A stretch of 64,000 nucleotides of DNA, taken from positions 1 to 64,000 of the forward strand of contig SCQK01000014.1 of assembly GCA_004321885.1 (NCBI GenBank), in the 5' to 3' direction. Every line of letters begins with the position of its first letter. Within the stretch, counting starts at the first letter, position 1. Source of the DNA: Patescibacteria group bacterium (GTDB lineage Bacteria; Patescibacteriota; Patescibacteriia; Magasanikbacterales; GWA2-37-8). Positions 8,415 to 16,676 of the stretch are shown piece after piece. The translations under genes were made by a program, and so were the position numbers. The notes under the pieces were generated by a model that was given only the letters and a program-made list of their open reading frames with translations, made no database searches and was not told the origin of the DNA.

Positions 8415-10847
8415 ATGGCAAAAAATATCTTCAAGTTTACGCTGTTTGTCGCGTTAGCGGTCGTGGTTTTACTCATAAGCGCGCAAAACGCGAGCGCGGC
8501 AGTAAACGCGCCGACCACGCCCACTTCCACCAGCAACATAACAGCCTCATCTATTCGGTATAATTGGACCTGGGGCGGAGGCGAGGAAGACCGGTGGGTT
8601 TTAGAGCGCTCAACTAATGGTAGCGACTGGACATTTGTCGCCACCACCACAGCGACCACCACGGCAAATTATACCTACACTGGATTAGCGACCAATACCC
8701 TTTATTATTTCAGAGTAGGGGCCGCTACCTCCACTTCCGTTACGTCAACTTATGCCACCTCTTCGGCTGTTTATACAGCTGTCGAGCAGGTGTCGGCTCC
8801 GACAATAGGAACCGCCAATACTTCTTCCCTACCCATAACTATCAATATTGGAGGCAACCCGGCGGCCACCACCTATGCCCTATACAACACCACCACGGCC
8901 AATTACCTTAACTCGGCCGGAGCAGTCACCACCACCCCGGTCTGGCAAACTACTTCCACCTGGGGCGCCAGCTTCGCGGCCACTGGTTTGAGTTTGAACA
9001 CTCTTTATCAATTCGCGGTTATTTCACGAAACGGAGACAATACCGAGGCTGCCACTTCCACGGTCAGCACGGCTAAGTATACTTTGGCCAGCCAAGCCAG
9101 CACTCCCACTATTGGCACTCCCACTGTTTCCACTTTGCCCGTCACCATCAATATCAACTCCAATCCGGCGGCCACTACCTATGCCTTGTATAATTTTACG
9201 TCAGGTAATTATTTAGCTTCCAACGGTTCATCCACTACCACTCCTGTTTGGCAAACCACTTCCACCTGGGGAGCGGCCTTTGCCGCTACCGGCCTTTCGG
9301 TCAACAGCGCTTACCAGTTTAATGTCATTGCCAGAAACGGAGACAGCGTGGAGGCCGCCACTTCCACGACCAGCACGGCTAAATACACCTTAGCCAACGC
9401 CGCTTCCGCTCCTACTATTGGCACAGCCGCCACTTCCAGCTTGCCTATCACTATCAATATCAACTCCAACCCGGCGGCCACCACCTATGCCCTATACAAC
9501 ACCACCACGGCCAATTACCTTAACTCGGCCGGAGCAGCCACCACCACTCCGGTTTGGCAGACCACTTCCACCTGGGGCGCCAGCTTCGCGGCCACTGGTT
9601 TAAGTTTGAACACTCTTTATCAATTCGCGGTTATTTCACGAAACGGAGACAATACCGAGGCTGCCACTTCCACGGTCAGCACGGCCAAGTATACTTTGGC
9701 TACCGCGCCGACAATGGGAGAAACCACCAACGTTGGCTCTTCAAACGCGACAATGAATTGGACCGGCAATGGCACCCAGTATTACGCTGAAAATACCAAT
9801 AACGGGGCGAATTCCGGATGGATAAGCGGCGTATCCAGCGCTTTCACCGGCTTGTCTTGTAATGTATCGTATATCTTTCGCGTAAAATCAAGAAATGGCG
9901 ACTCTACCGAAACCGACTGGAGCGCTTCTACCACAGTGTCTCTTACCAATTGCGGGGGCAGTTCGCCCGGTGGCGGCAGTCCCAGCCCCACTGTTACAAC
10001 GCCGGTTACCACCGTGGTAACTTCCACTATAGTCGCGCCAATTACAACGCCCGCTCCGGTTTCAGCGCCGGTTACGGCAACCACGCCGGTTTCGTCGGTG
10101 ATAACACCTGTTGCCACCGTGTCGGAAACCGCGGTACAAAATCCAGACTCCCTGGTGGTGATAGAAAATATCGCGAAGGTTTCATTCCAGCCCGGCGAGC
10201 CGCTTAAATTTACGTATAATTTTACCAACGACAATGACGCGTCCCTCAAAATCAAGATTGTCCGTCAGCTCTTAAGCAGCAAAGGCAAGGTCCTAAAGTC
10301 GGCTTCAGCGTTCAGAGTCTTGAAGTCCGGACAGACGGCGGTTGTTAAAGTGAACGAAACCATAGCCAAAAAACAAAGCCCGGGCAACTACACGGTGAAA
10401 GTGGCTGTCTACAACAGCCAGACCAGCAAACTGATTGACAGCAACAGTTTTGGCATCACAGTGGAAAAACTCAAGAAAAAGTTTTTGGTTCTGGGTGAAA
10501 ACATCTCCAGCGAGTACGCGGCCATTAAATTTGATTTGTCCGGCGTGAAAATCAGCGCTGGTCTGCCGGCAATGATAAAGGGAAAATACAACTACACCAA
10601 TCAGAGCGCGGACAGTCAGGCGATTAGAATGGTCAGAGAGTTGCAGGGTCCGGATGGCAAGGTTATCGCGAAAAAAATCGGCAAATGGACAATGACCGCG
10701 GGCGAGAGCTATTGGCAGGGCTTTACCCAGGCGGTGGGCGGCAATTTGGCCGCCGGTCCATATCTGATTTCCGTGAAAGCGTATGATTACGCCACGGGCG
10801 ACCTGTTGGAACAGAACAGTTTCGGCTTCAACGTGGTATTGAAATAG
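8415..10847 (+). CDS. Cell-surface protein with signal peptide, five fibronectin-type-III-like domains (three near-identical) and the same C-terminal module as the giant protein
   Basis: Signal peptide MAKNIFKFTLFVALAVVVLLISAQNASA; the W..Y..Y.FRV Fn3 pattern repeats every ~101 aa; C-terminal ~235 aa align with the C-terminus of the 1179..8309 product. The ATG at 8415 is preferred over the track start 8373. Confidence 0.8.
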   Translation: MAKNIFKFTLFVALAVVVLLISAQNASAAVNAPTTPTSTSNITASSIRYNWTWGGGEEDRWVLERSTNGSDWTFVATTTATTTANYTYTGLATNTLYYFRVGAATSTSVTSTYATSSAVYTAVEQVSAPTIGTANTSSLPITINIGGNPAATTYALYNTTTANYLNSAGAVTTTPVWQTTSTWGASFAATGLSLNTLYQFAVISRNGDNTEAATSTVSTAKYTLASQASTPTIGTPTVSTLPVTININSNPAATTYALYNFTSGNYLASNGSSTTTPVWQTTSTWGAAFAATGLSVNSAYQFNVIARNGDSVEAATSTTSTAKYTLANAASAPTIGTAATSSLPITININSNPAATTYALYNTTTANYLNSAGAATTTPVWQTTSTWGASFAATGLSLNTLYQFAVISRNGDNTEAATSTVSTAKYTLATAPTMGETTNVGSSNATMNWTGNGTQYYAENTNNGANSGWISGVSSAFTGLSCNVSYIFRVKSRNGDSTETDWSASTTVSLTNCGGSSPGGGSPSPTVTTPVTTVVTSTIVAPITTPAPVSAPVTATTPVSSVITPVATVSETAVQNPDSLVVIENIAKVSFQPGEPLKFTYNFTNDNDASLKIKIVRQLLSSKGKVLKSASAFRVLKSGQTAVVKVNETIAKKQSPGNYTVKVAVYNSQTSKLIDSNSFGITVEKLKKKFLVLGENISSEYAAIKFDLSGVKISAGLPAMIKGKYNYTNQSADSQAIRMVRELQGPDGKVIAKKIGKWTMTAGESYWQGFTQAVGGNLAAGPYLISVKAYDYATGDLLEQNSFGFNVVLK
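8793..9707 (+). repeat. Three tandem ~303-bp coding repeats (Fn3-like units); units 1 and 3 are nearly identical at nucleotide level
   Basis: Compare 8860..9090 with 9470..9700: only a few substitutions over ~230 nt. Confidence 0.85.
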
Positions 10848-10871
10848 GATAGGCCGTCAACGTTGAACTTG

Positions 10872-10908
10872 CCCCGTTAGAGAGCTTCTCTAACTGGGCT
10901 TGTTTTTT
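10872..10908 (+). terminator. Rho-independent terminator (CCCCGTTAGAGA-gctt-CTCTAACTGGG followed by TTGTTTTTT)
   Basis: Stem-loop plus U-tract; the stem sequence is homologous to the hairpin at 8322..8348. Confidence 0.65.
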
Positions 10909-10987
10909 GCCGGAAATTTGGGTATAATTTTAATACGCAAGCAATTTAACTTCCTAATTCGCTATTCTTAATTCTTTATTCTCGTAT

Positions 10988-11983
10988 ATGAACATCGCAA
11001 TCAACGGTTTTGGCCGCATTGGGCGGCAGGCGTTTAAGGTGGCTGTAACAAAGAAAAACATAAAGGTGGTCGCGCTCAATGATTTAACCGACACCAAGAC
11101 CATGGCGCATTTGTTAAAATACGACACGTCTTACGGCTCGTTTGATTTGCCCCTTTCCTTTGATGAGAAAAATTTAATCGTGAAAGGCAAAAAGATTCCG
11201 GTGCTGGCGGAAAAAGACCCGAGCAAACTGCCCTGGGGTGAAATGAAAGTGGCCGTGGTTTTGGAGTGCACGGGCCGGTTTACCAAAAAAGAAGACGCGG
11301 CTTTGCATTTGCAAGCGGGCGCGAAAAAAGTGATTATTTCGGCGCCGGCCAAGGGCGGCGGAGTGCCGACTTATGTGCGCGGGGTAAATTGCGGCCAGGT
11401 GGGCAAAGAGAAAGAAGCGATTATCAACAACGCCTCATGCACCACCAATTGCATCGCGCCGGTGATGGCGGTGCTGGATGAAAAGTTCGGCATAGAAAAG
11501 GCGTTTATGAGCACGGCGCACGGCTACACGGCCGACCAGAATCTGCAAGACGGCCCGCACAAGGATTTGCGCCGGGCGCGCGCGGCCGCCTGCAACATCA
11601 TTCCTACTACCACGGGCGCGGCCAAGGCCGTGGGCGAGGTGATTCCCAAATTAAAGGGTATTTTTGACGGGGTGGCTTTCCGGGTGCCGGTGCCGACTGT
11701 TTCTTTGTCCGATATTACCGCTGTCTTGAAAAAGAACGCGACTAAAGAAGAGGTGAATAAAGCGATTTTGGCGGCCGCGGGTACTTCGCGCTTCAAGGGT
11801 ATTTTGGCCGCCACCAGCGAGCCGCTGGTGTCTGCGGATTTTATCGGCAACACGCATTCCTCGTTTGTGGATTTGAGCTTGACCAGCGTGGTGGGAGGGA
11901 ATATGGTGAAAGTGGTGGCTTGGTACGACAATGAAGTTGGCTACGCCAATCGCCTGGTGGAACTGGCCGAGTTATTCGCGTAA
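10988..11983 (+). CDS. gap: Glyceraldehyde-3-phosphate dehydrogenase
   Basis: NGFGRIGR N-terminal NAD-binding motif and the active-site ASCTTNCIAPV. Confidence 0.9.
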   Translation: MNIAINGFGRIGRQAFKVAVTKKNIKVVALNDLTDTKTMAHLLKYDTSYGSFDLPLSFDEKNLIVKGKKIPVLAEKDPSKLPWGEMKVAVVLECTGRFTKKEDAALHLQAGAKKVIISAPAKGGGVPTYVRGVNCGQVGKEKEAIINNASCTTNCIAPVMAVLDEKFGIEKAFMSTAHGYTADQNLQDGPHKDLRRARAAACNIIPTTTGAAKAVGEVIPKLKGIFDGVAFRVPVPTVSLSDITAVLKKNATKEEVNKAILAAAGTSRFKGILAATSEPLVSADFIGNTHSSFVDLSLTSVVGGNMVKVVAWYDNEVGYANRLVELAELFA

Positions 11984-11987
11984 AATT

Positions 11988-12021
11988 TCTCTCCCCCTTT
12001 TTAAGGAGGAGACGAAGAGGG
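11988..12021. repeat. C-run/G-run palindromic intergenic element (family A), copy after gap
   Basis: TCTCTCCCCC-tttttaa-GGAGGAGACGAAGAGGG; the G arm provides AGGAGG before the next ATG. Confidence 0.45.
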
Positions 12022-12027
12022 TAAACA

Positions 12028-12618
12028 ATGCTTATGCTAAAAATTAAGAATGATGAACTGATAAAAGAATTAGTCGGTTCCGAGGCGGAATTTCCCAAAT
12101 ACGCTACCCAACTGATCAATCTTGCCAATCAAAACGCCCAGGGTACGAGACCAAAAGTTGTTGGTCAATTGTCCGAGTTGATTAATGAGTGCCCTAAGAA
12201 GACGTATGAGGGTTGGCGCGACTGGTACCTCGCCAAACATCCGGACGCGATCAAAAATGCCGTGGTAAAGATAAATCAGATGATGGAGAATTTTAAGTTG
12301 GCCATCAAATCCATCAATAAAAAAATGATTGAAAAATGGGTTAGGGATTTAGTACTGGAAAAAACTTATGTGGGGTTGAGATTCCAGGAAGCCATATTAA
12401 AAAAAGTGGCGCAAATCAAAAAAATAAGCTATCAATTATCAACCGCCCAAGAAGAATCCTGCGGGATAGACGGATATGTCGGCGGTGAAGCCGTCTCTGT
12501 TAAGCCTATGTCGTACAAGACAAAGGCCGCTTTGGGAGAAACATTAGGAGGAAAAATAATTTTTTACGAAAAGAAAAAAGACGGCTTAAACATAGACGCG
12601 GATTTGATATTAAAATAA
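12028..12618 (+). CDS. Candidate type II restriction endonuclease, partner of the adjacent methyltransferase
   Basis: 196-aa ORF ending 4 nt before the MTase start and co-oriented with it; no recognisable housekeeping domain. Assignment is by operon context only. Confidence 0.4.
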   Translation: MLMLKIKNDELIKELVGSEAEFPKYATQLINLANQNAQGTRPKVVGQLSELINECPKKTYEGWRDWYLAKHPDAIKNAVVKINQMMENFKLAIKSINKKMIEKWVRDLVLEKTYVGLRFQEAILKKVAQIKKISYQLSTAQEESCGIDGYVGGEAVSVKPMSYKTKAALGETLGGKIIFYEKKKDGLNIDADLILK

Positions 12619-12622
12619 TAAC

Positions 12623-13576
12623 ATGGGCACGAATCATAGAATAATTATTGGCGATTCGCGGCAGATGTCGGAGCTTAGCGACAAATCTGTCCATCTTATT
12701 ATAACCTCACCGCCTTATTGGCAGATAAAGGATTATGGCAGTGCCGATCAGATAGGTTTTAACGATACCTACGAGGAATACATAAAAAATTTGAATCAGG
12801 TGTGGTCCGAATGCGCGCGCGTTTTGCATGATGGTTGCCGCATGGTGATAAATATCGGCGATCAATTTGCCAGGGCCGTTACATACGGGAGGTATAAAGT
12901 GATACCCATTCGCGAAGAGATAATCAAATTTTGCGAATCAATCGGCTTTGATTATATGGGCGCGATTATTTGGCAGAAAGTGACGACGATGCACACTACC
13001 GGCGGCGCCTCAATTATGGGTTCTTTTCCGTACCCGAGGAACGGCATGATAGCGATAGATTATGAGTTCATATTGCTTTTCAAAAAGCTGGGCAAGGCGC
13101 CCAATAATGTGACTGCGGATATAAAAAAGAAATCAGAGATGACGAAAGAAGAATGGAGAGAATACTTTACCGGACATTGGAATTTTGTTGGCGAGAAGCA
13201 AAACGGCGGGCATATCGCGATGTTTCCCGAAGAGCTACCCAAGCGCATTATAAAAATGTTTAGTTTTTTTGGGGAAACGGTGCTTGATCCGTTTTTGGGC
13301 AGTGGCACGACAACAAAGACAGCCCGGGAGTTAGGCCGCAATTCTGTTGGGTACGAAATCAATAATGATTTTTTGTCGGTTATTAAGGAAAAAGTCGGCA
13401 TTAATAAAATGTCGCTCTTCAATCGCGATACGAAGTATGACGTCGTAAATCAGCAGAAAAATTACGGGCTGAAACAAAAAGGTATTGAAAAAAAAGATTC
13501 CATAATTAAAAATAGAGTTAACGATCCGAATTTTTGGAAATTATTAAAAGAGAAAAGATGCAAGGTCGTCACTTAA
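12623..13576 (+). CDS. DNA methyltransferase, beta-class amino-MTase (N4-cytosine or N6-adenine; SPPY catalytic motif)
   Basis: Motif IV LIITSPPYW near the N-terminus and motif I FLGSGTT near the C-terminus (circular permutation typical of the N6_N4_Mtase family). Confidence 0.85.
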   Translation: MGTNHRIIIGDSRQMSELSDKSVHLIITSPPYWQIKDYGSADQIGFNDTYEEYIKNLNQVWSECARVLHDGCRMVINIGDQFARAVTYGRYKVIPIREEIIKFCESIGFDYMGAIIWQKVTTMHTTGGASIMGSFPYPRNGMIAIDYEFILLFKKLGKAPNNVTADIKKKSEMTKEEWREYFTGHWNFVGEKQNGGHIAMFPEELPKRIIKMFSFFGETVLDPFLGSGTTTKTARELGRNSVGYEINNDFLSVIKEKVGINKMSLFNRDTKYDVVNQQKNYGLKQKGIEKKDSIIKNRVNDPNFWKLLKEKRCKVVT

Positions 13577-13582
13577 AGAATT

Positions 13583-14023
13583 ATGCAAAACTGTTGTAAC
13601 ATTTGGGAAGTTTTTGACGAGGAAAATAATCTGATAAAAGAATATCAGCATTGGAAGTTGTTGATAAAAAATAGGGGACCGAGGACTTTGGGAAATTCTG
13701 TCGCTGTATTAAAAAGACACATTTTAAGATTTTCCGATATTACAGATGAAGAAATGTTGGATTTCGCCAAACTCGTGCGTGAAACAGAAAACGCTTTGAA
13801 AAAATCCTTCAATTACGACAAAATTCATTGGCTGATGTACATGACTAAAGACCCGCACGTTCATTTTCACATTTTTCCAAGATACAATGAGGACAAAAAT
13901 TTTGGTGGTATCCAGTGGATGGATGGACTGCGAGAGCCAGACCCTCTAAAAATGGAACAAAAAAATCTGTCTCAAGAACAATTAAACGAAATAAAAGAGG
14001 AAATAAAAAAGAATTTCTTTTAA
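13583..14023 (+). CDS. HIT-family (Fhit-like) nucleotide hydrolase
   Basis: Histidine triad HVHFHIFPR matches the HxHxHxx motif of Fhit/Hint. Confidence 0.55.
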   Translation: MQNCCNIWEVFDEENNLIKEYQHWKLLIKNRGPRTLGNSVAVLKRHILRFSDITDEEMLDFAKLVRETENALKKSFNYDKIHWLMYMTKDPHVHFHIFPRYNEDKNFGGIQWMDGLREPDPLKMEQKNLSQEQLNEIKEEIKKNFF

Positions 14024-14026
14024 TAT

Positions 14027-14062
14027 GCCCCCCTTTAGGGGGAGGACAGAGGAGGGGGTTTT
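14027..14062. repeat. Family A C/G palindromic element
   Basis: CCCCCCTTTAGGGGGAGGACAGAGGAGGGGGTTTT. Confidence 0.5.
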
Positions 14063-14068
14063 CACGAT

Positions 14069-14419
14069 ATGTCTGAAATAAAAATAATTGACACAAAAAT
14101 TTCAATAGCCGAATTGAAAGAAGCCGCCGAACAGGTTTTTGGTGATTTTGTGAAAGTGGTGGTAGATTTGGAAAGAGTAAAAATGGCGATTGGCGGAGAA
14201 CTGCATGCCGACGAGGAGGCCGTACTTTTAGGGAACGGCTCCAAACAGGAAAATTTGTGGGGGATAAATTTGTATCCGGCTAATTTCGGCGGCGAAGATT
14301 TTATTGAGTTTGATTCAATGGTAAACATTAAGCCGGGCCTGGGCAATTTTTCGCGAGCAATAAAGAGCGAAGAAGTCAGAAAGAAAATAAAAGAGGCGGT
14401 GGCGAAGCTGGTTGGATAA
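14069..14419 (+). CDS. Hypothetical small protein
   Basis: 116-aa ORF in the co-oriented gene array, flanked on both sides by C/G palindromic repeat elements. Confidence 0.5.
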   Translation: MSEIKIIDTKISIAELKEAAEQVFGDFVKVVVDLERVKMAIGGELHADEEAVLLGNGSKQENLWGINLYPANFGGEDFIEFDSMVNIKPGLGNFSRAIKSEEVRKKIKEAVAKLVG

Positions 14420-14420
14420 A

Positions 14421-14458
14421 TCCCCCTCTCCTTTATTAAGGGGAGGGCGGGGGAGGGG
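14421..14458. repeat. Family A C/G palindromic element
   Basis: TCCCCCTCTCC-tttattaa-GGGGAGGGCGGGGGAGGGG. Confidence 0.55.
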
Positions 14459-14468
14459 TAGTTAGTTT

Positions 14469-14807
14469 ATGGCTGAATACATCCACCAAAATTTATCTGT
14501 CGGCCGATGGTTTGAACTTAGTTTATGTGAACAATTGGGCAATGTGGGAAGCGAAGTCGGACGCGCGGCCAATTGGCGACGGAAAAATCAGGGCGAGCAA
14601 TCGGAAAAGGCGATAGAGCGGGGGATGGAATTGCTGGATTTGACGATTGCGGACGCGCGTTGGGCGGGCGCGCGCAGAAAAGAGCTATGTCGCGCGCGAG
14701 AATTGATTAAAGACGTGTTTTACGGCGACAATCAATATCACGATTCGCCGGAAGCGCTGGAAAAATATTTTTTCCAGTTCGCGTTGGCGGCGAGAAGAAA
14801 CAATTAA
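14469..14807 (+). CDS. Hypothetical small protein, possibly an all-alpha NTP-pyrophosphohydrolase (MazG-like) fold
   Basis: Segments EQLGNVGSEVGRAA and MELLDLTIADARW loosely resemble the paired EExxE/ELGD helices of MazG-like proteins; the match is weak. Confidence 0.35.
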   Translation: MAEYIHQNLSVGRWFELSLCEQLGNVGSEVGRAANWRRKNQGEQSEKAIERGMELLDLTIADARWAGARRKELCRARELIKDVFYGDNQYHDSPEALEKYFFQFALAARRNN

Positions 14808-14826
14808 ATTGCGGCTTAAAAGCAGT

Positions 14827-16674
14827 ATGACAGAAGGAACAACTCTCAACCGCGCTATCAAAAATCAAGAAATTTGGAAGTTTAATGTTGAAAAAGATGG
14901 TCTCTATTTGATTACAATTAACGCGCGATGCAAAAATTGGCTTCAGAGTTTTCGGCGTCTATTCAACGACGATGATTTGGCGGTTCAAATTGATGATCAT
15001 TTGCTTGCTGAATTGGCGGGGAAAAAACGTGAATTCAATCAGCCGGGCGCTTGGAATGGGAACGACTTGAAAAACAATTTCAAAACCGTTCTGATGTTGC
15101 TCCCCTTAAAATCCGGCACCCACGAAATCAAATTTTGGACAGACGGGGCGCCATACGTGGAAACGCCGAAGATAAAAGAAATCAAATTAACGCGAGAAAT
15201 ATTGATTGACGCGCCGGATGCTAAAGCAGCGGACTTAATCATTAAAAATATTTTAGCGGAAAATGTAGAAGTTATCGGCAAGGGAGCGACAAAAAAGATT
15301 GAAGTGGTCTACGCGCAAGATAAAATTTTCGCCTCTCCCTTAAAGAGAATAAAAGATCAACCGATTTCTTCCGTTAAAATCCGGCTCAAAAAAGAGGAAT
15401 TAAAATACAAAGTCGGAAAAATCAAATTATACAAAGATTTAGTTCTGTCAGATGAGGTAAATTTACGCGCAAGGCCCAATGATGGTTCAGAAATAATCGC
15501 GCGCATTCCTGATGGGGAAGAAGTAAATATTATTAATGAACGGGCGATGGAAGACGACCGTCAAAAATCCTATATAGCTTCATATTCTTATATTTGGCAT
15601 GAAGTTCTTTGGCAAGACAAATTCGGACAAGAGAAGAGCGGGTATGTGCTTTCTTCTTTTGTGGAAATACAGGGACAAGAGAGACAGACGATAATAAATC
15701 TCATAACAACCAAAAGTCGCGAACAAGGCGTGGACCCAAATATAATGTTGGCGATCGCTGGGCAAGAGTCGCGCTTCAAGCCATTTGCTGTGCCATCGAC
15801 GGGGCCGAAGGGCGTTTTTCAACTATCAGGCGATACAGCCGAGCGGGTGGGTGTGAAAGATCAATTTAATTTTTTTCAAAACGTGGAAGGTGGCGTAAAA
15901 TATTACAAAATAATTGAAAATCAATTCGCTGGTCGCGGGAATGTTTTGGAAAGAAGATTGTTGGCTTGGCATGACGGGCCAAGCAAGATACCCGAAAGAG
16001 GAAAGGTTGATCTAAGTAAGTTCTCTGCCGAGTCGCAAAAATTTGTGAAAAATGTTTTGCAAAACATTAAACGGAAGGACTGGTTCCATCTCTCTTCTTC
16101 CGTTATAGCGATTTTATTCGCTATCGCCGGTTCTTTTGTGGGTTATTTACAACACGATATATCAAAATTTGAGGAAAGCGCGGCTATATCTGTCGCCCAG
16201 GCGGCCGAAAGCGACAATTTTAGAAAATTTATTTTTCACGATGAAGCCGTGCCTTTGATTGTCGTCAAAAGCATCGGTACATTTCGTCCATTTCCGAATT
16301 TTCGCGCTGATTTTTATTATAGAAATAGCTGGGGCATGTCGTTTCATGAAACTTTAGACGGCTATTTAGACGATGCCGGATGGACATATTTGGGAAGACA
16401 AAAACTAATTTTTTGGGTGAGGCGCGAAGAGGGTCATTATCTGCCTACTTCATTTTTTATGTTTGATAATAGCACGGAAACTTTTAAAATGATAAAGTTT
16501 ATCGATCGTGATGGTAGAATTTACAATGATGTCAGCGCGCCTTATGATATTTCAACAGAAGGCGACGAGAGCTTTCTGAGCAAAGAAATTCGGCAAACTT
16601 GGGGTGACGTAGGCAAACCCGAAGTGAAGGAGTATAAGTATGATTGGGAGAAGAATGTGTTTAATGAGATATAG
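14827..16674 (+). CDS. Membrane-anchored lytic transglycosylase (SLT domain) with an unrecognised N-terminal domain, an SH3b-like segment and a C-terminal domain beyond one TM helix
   Basis: SLT catalytic region AIAGQESRFKPFAVPSTGPKGVFQLS; TM segment WFHLSSSVIAILFAIAGSFVGYL; N-terminal ~130 aa are shared with the 44340..46337 paralog. The track start 14809 is TTG; the first ATG is 14827. Confidence 0.7.
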   Translation: MTEGTTLNRAIKNQEIWKFNVEKDGLYLITINARCKNWLQSFRRLFNDDDLAVQIDDHLLAELAGKKREFNQPGAWNGNDLKNNFKTVLMLLPLKSGTHEIKFWTDGAPYVETPKIKEIKLTREILIDAPDAKAADLIIKNILAENVEVIGKGATKKIEVVYAQDKIFASPLKRIKDQPISSVKIRLKKEELKYKVGKIKLYKDLVLSDEVNLRARPNDGSEIIARIPDGEEVNIINERAMEDDRQKSYIASYSYIWHEVLWQDKFGQEKSGYVLSSFVEIQGQERQTIINLITTKSREQGVDPNIMLAIAGQESRFKPFAVPSTGPKGVFQLSGDTAERVGVKDQFNFFQNVEGGVKYYKIIENQFAGRGNVLERRLLAWHDGPSKIPERGKVDLSKFSAESQKFVKNVLQNIKRKDWFHLSSSVIAILFAIAGSFVGYLQHDISKFEESAAISVAQAAESDNFRKFIFHDEAVPLIVVKSIGTFRPFPNFRADFYYRNSWGMSFHETLDGYLDDAGWTYLGRQKLIFWVRREEGHYLPTSFFMFDNSTETFKMIKFIDRDGRIYNDVSAPYDISTEGDESFLSKEIRQTWGDVGKPEVKEYKYDWEKNVFNEI

Positions 16675-16676
16675 GT

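Noticed and set aside
8793-9707. CRISPR array
   Set aside because: The only regular tandem repeats in the window are 303-bp coding Fn3 units, not 25-40-bp repeats with unique spacers; no cas genes are present.
9418-10255. Alternate-frame ORFs within the Fn3 surface-protein gene (9418..9603, 9554..9790, 9782..10255 minus, 9950..10207)
   Set aside because: They are products of repeat-rich, Thr/Ala-codon-rich sequence read out of frame; the in-frame 8415..10847 ORF explains the region.
10900-10928. gap promoter assigned as -35 TTGTTT / -10 TATAAT
   Set aside because: The TATAAT at 10923..10928 is convincing, but the putative -35 overlaps the terminator U-tract and is weak; it is not listed as a feature and is only noted here.
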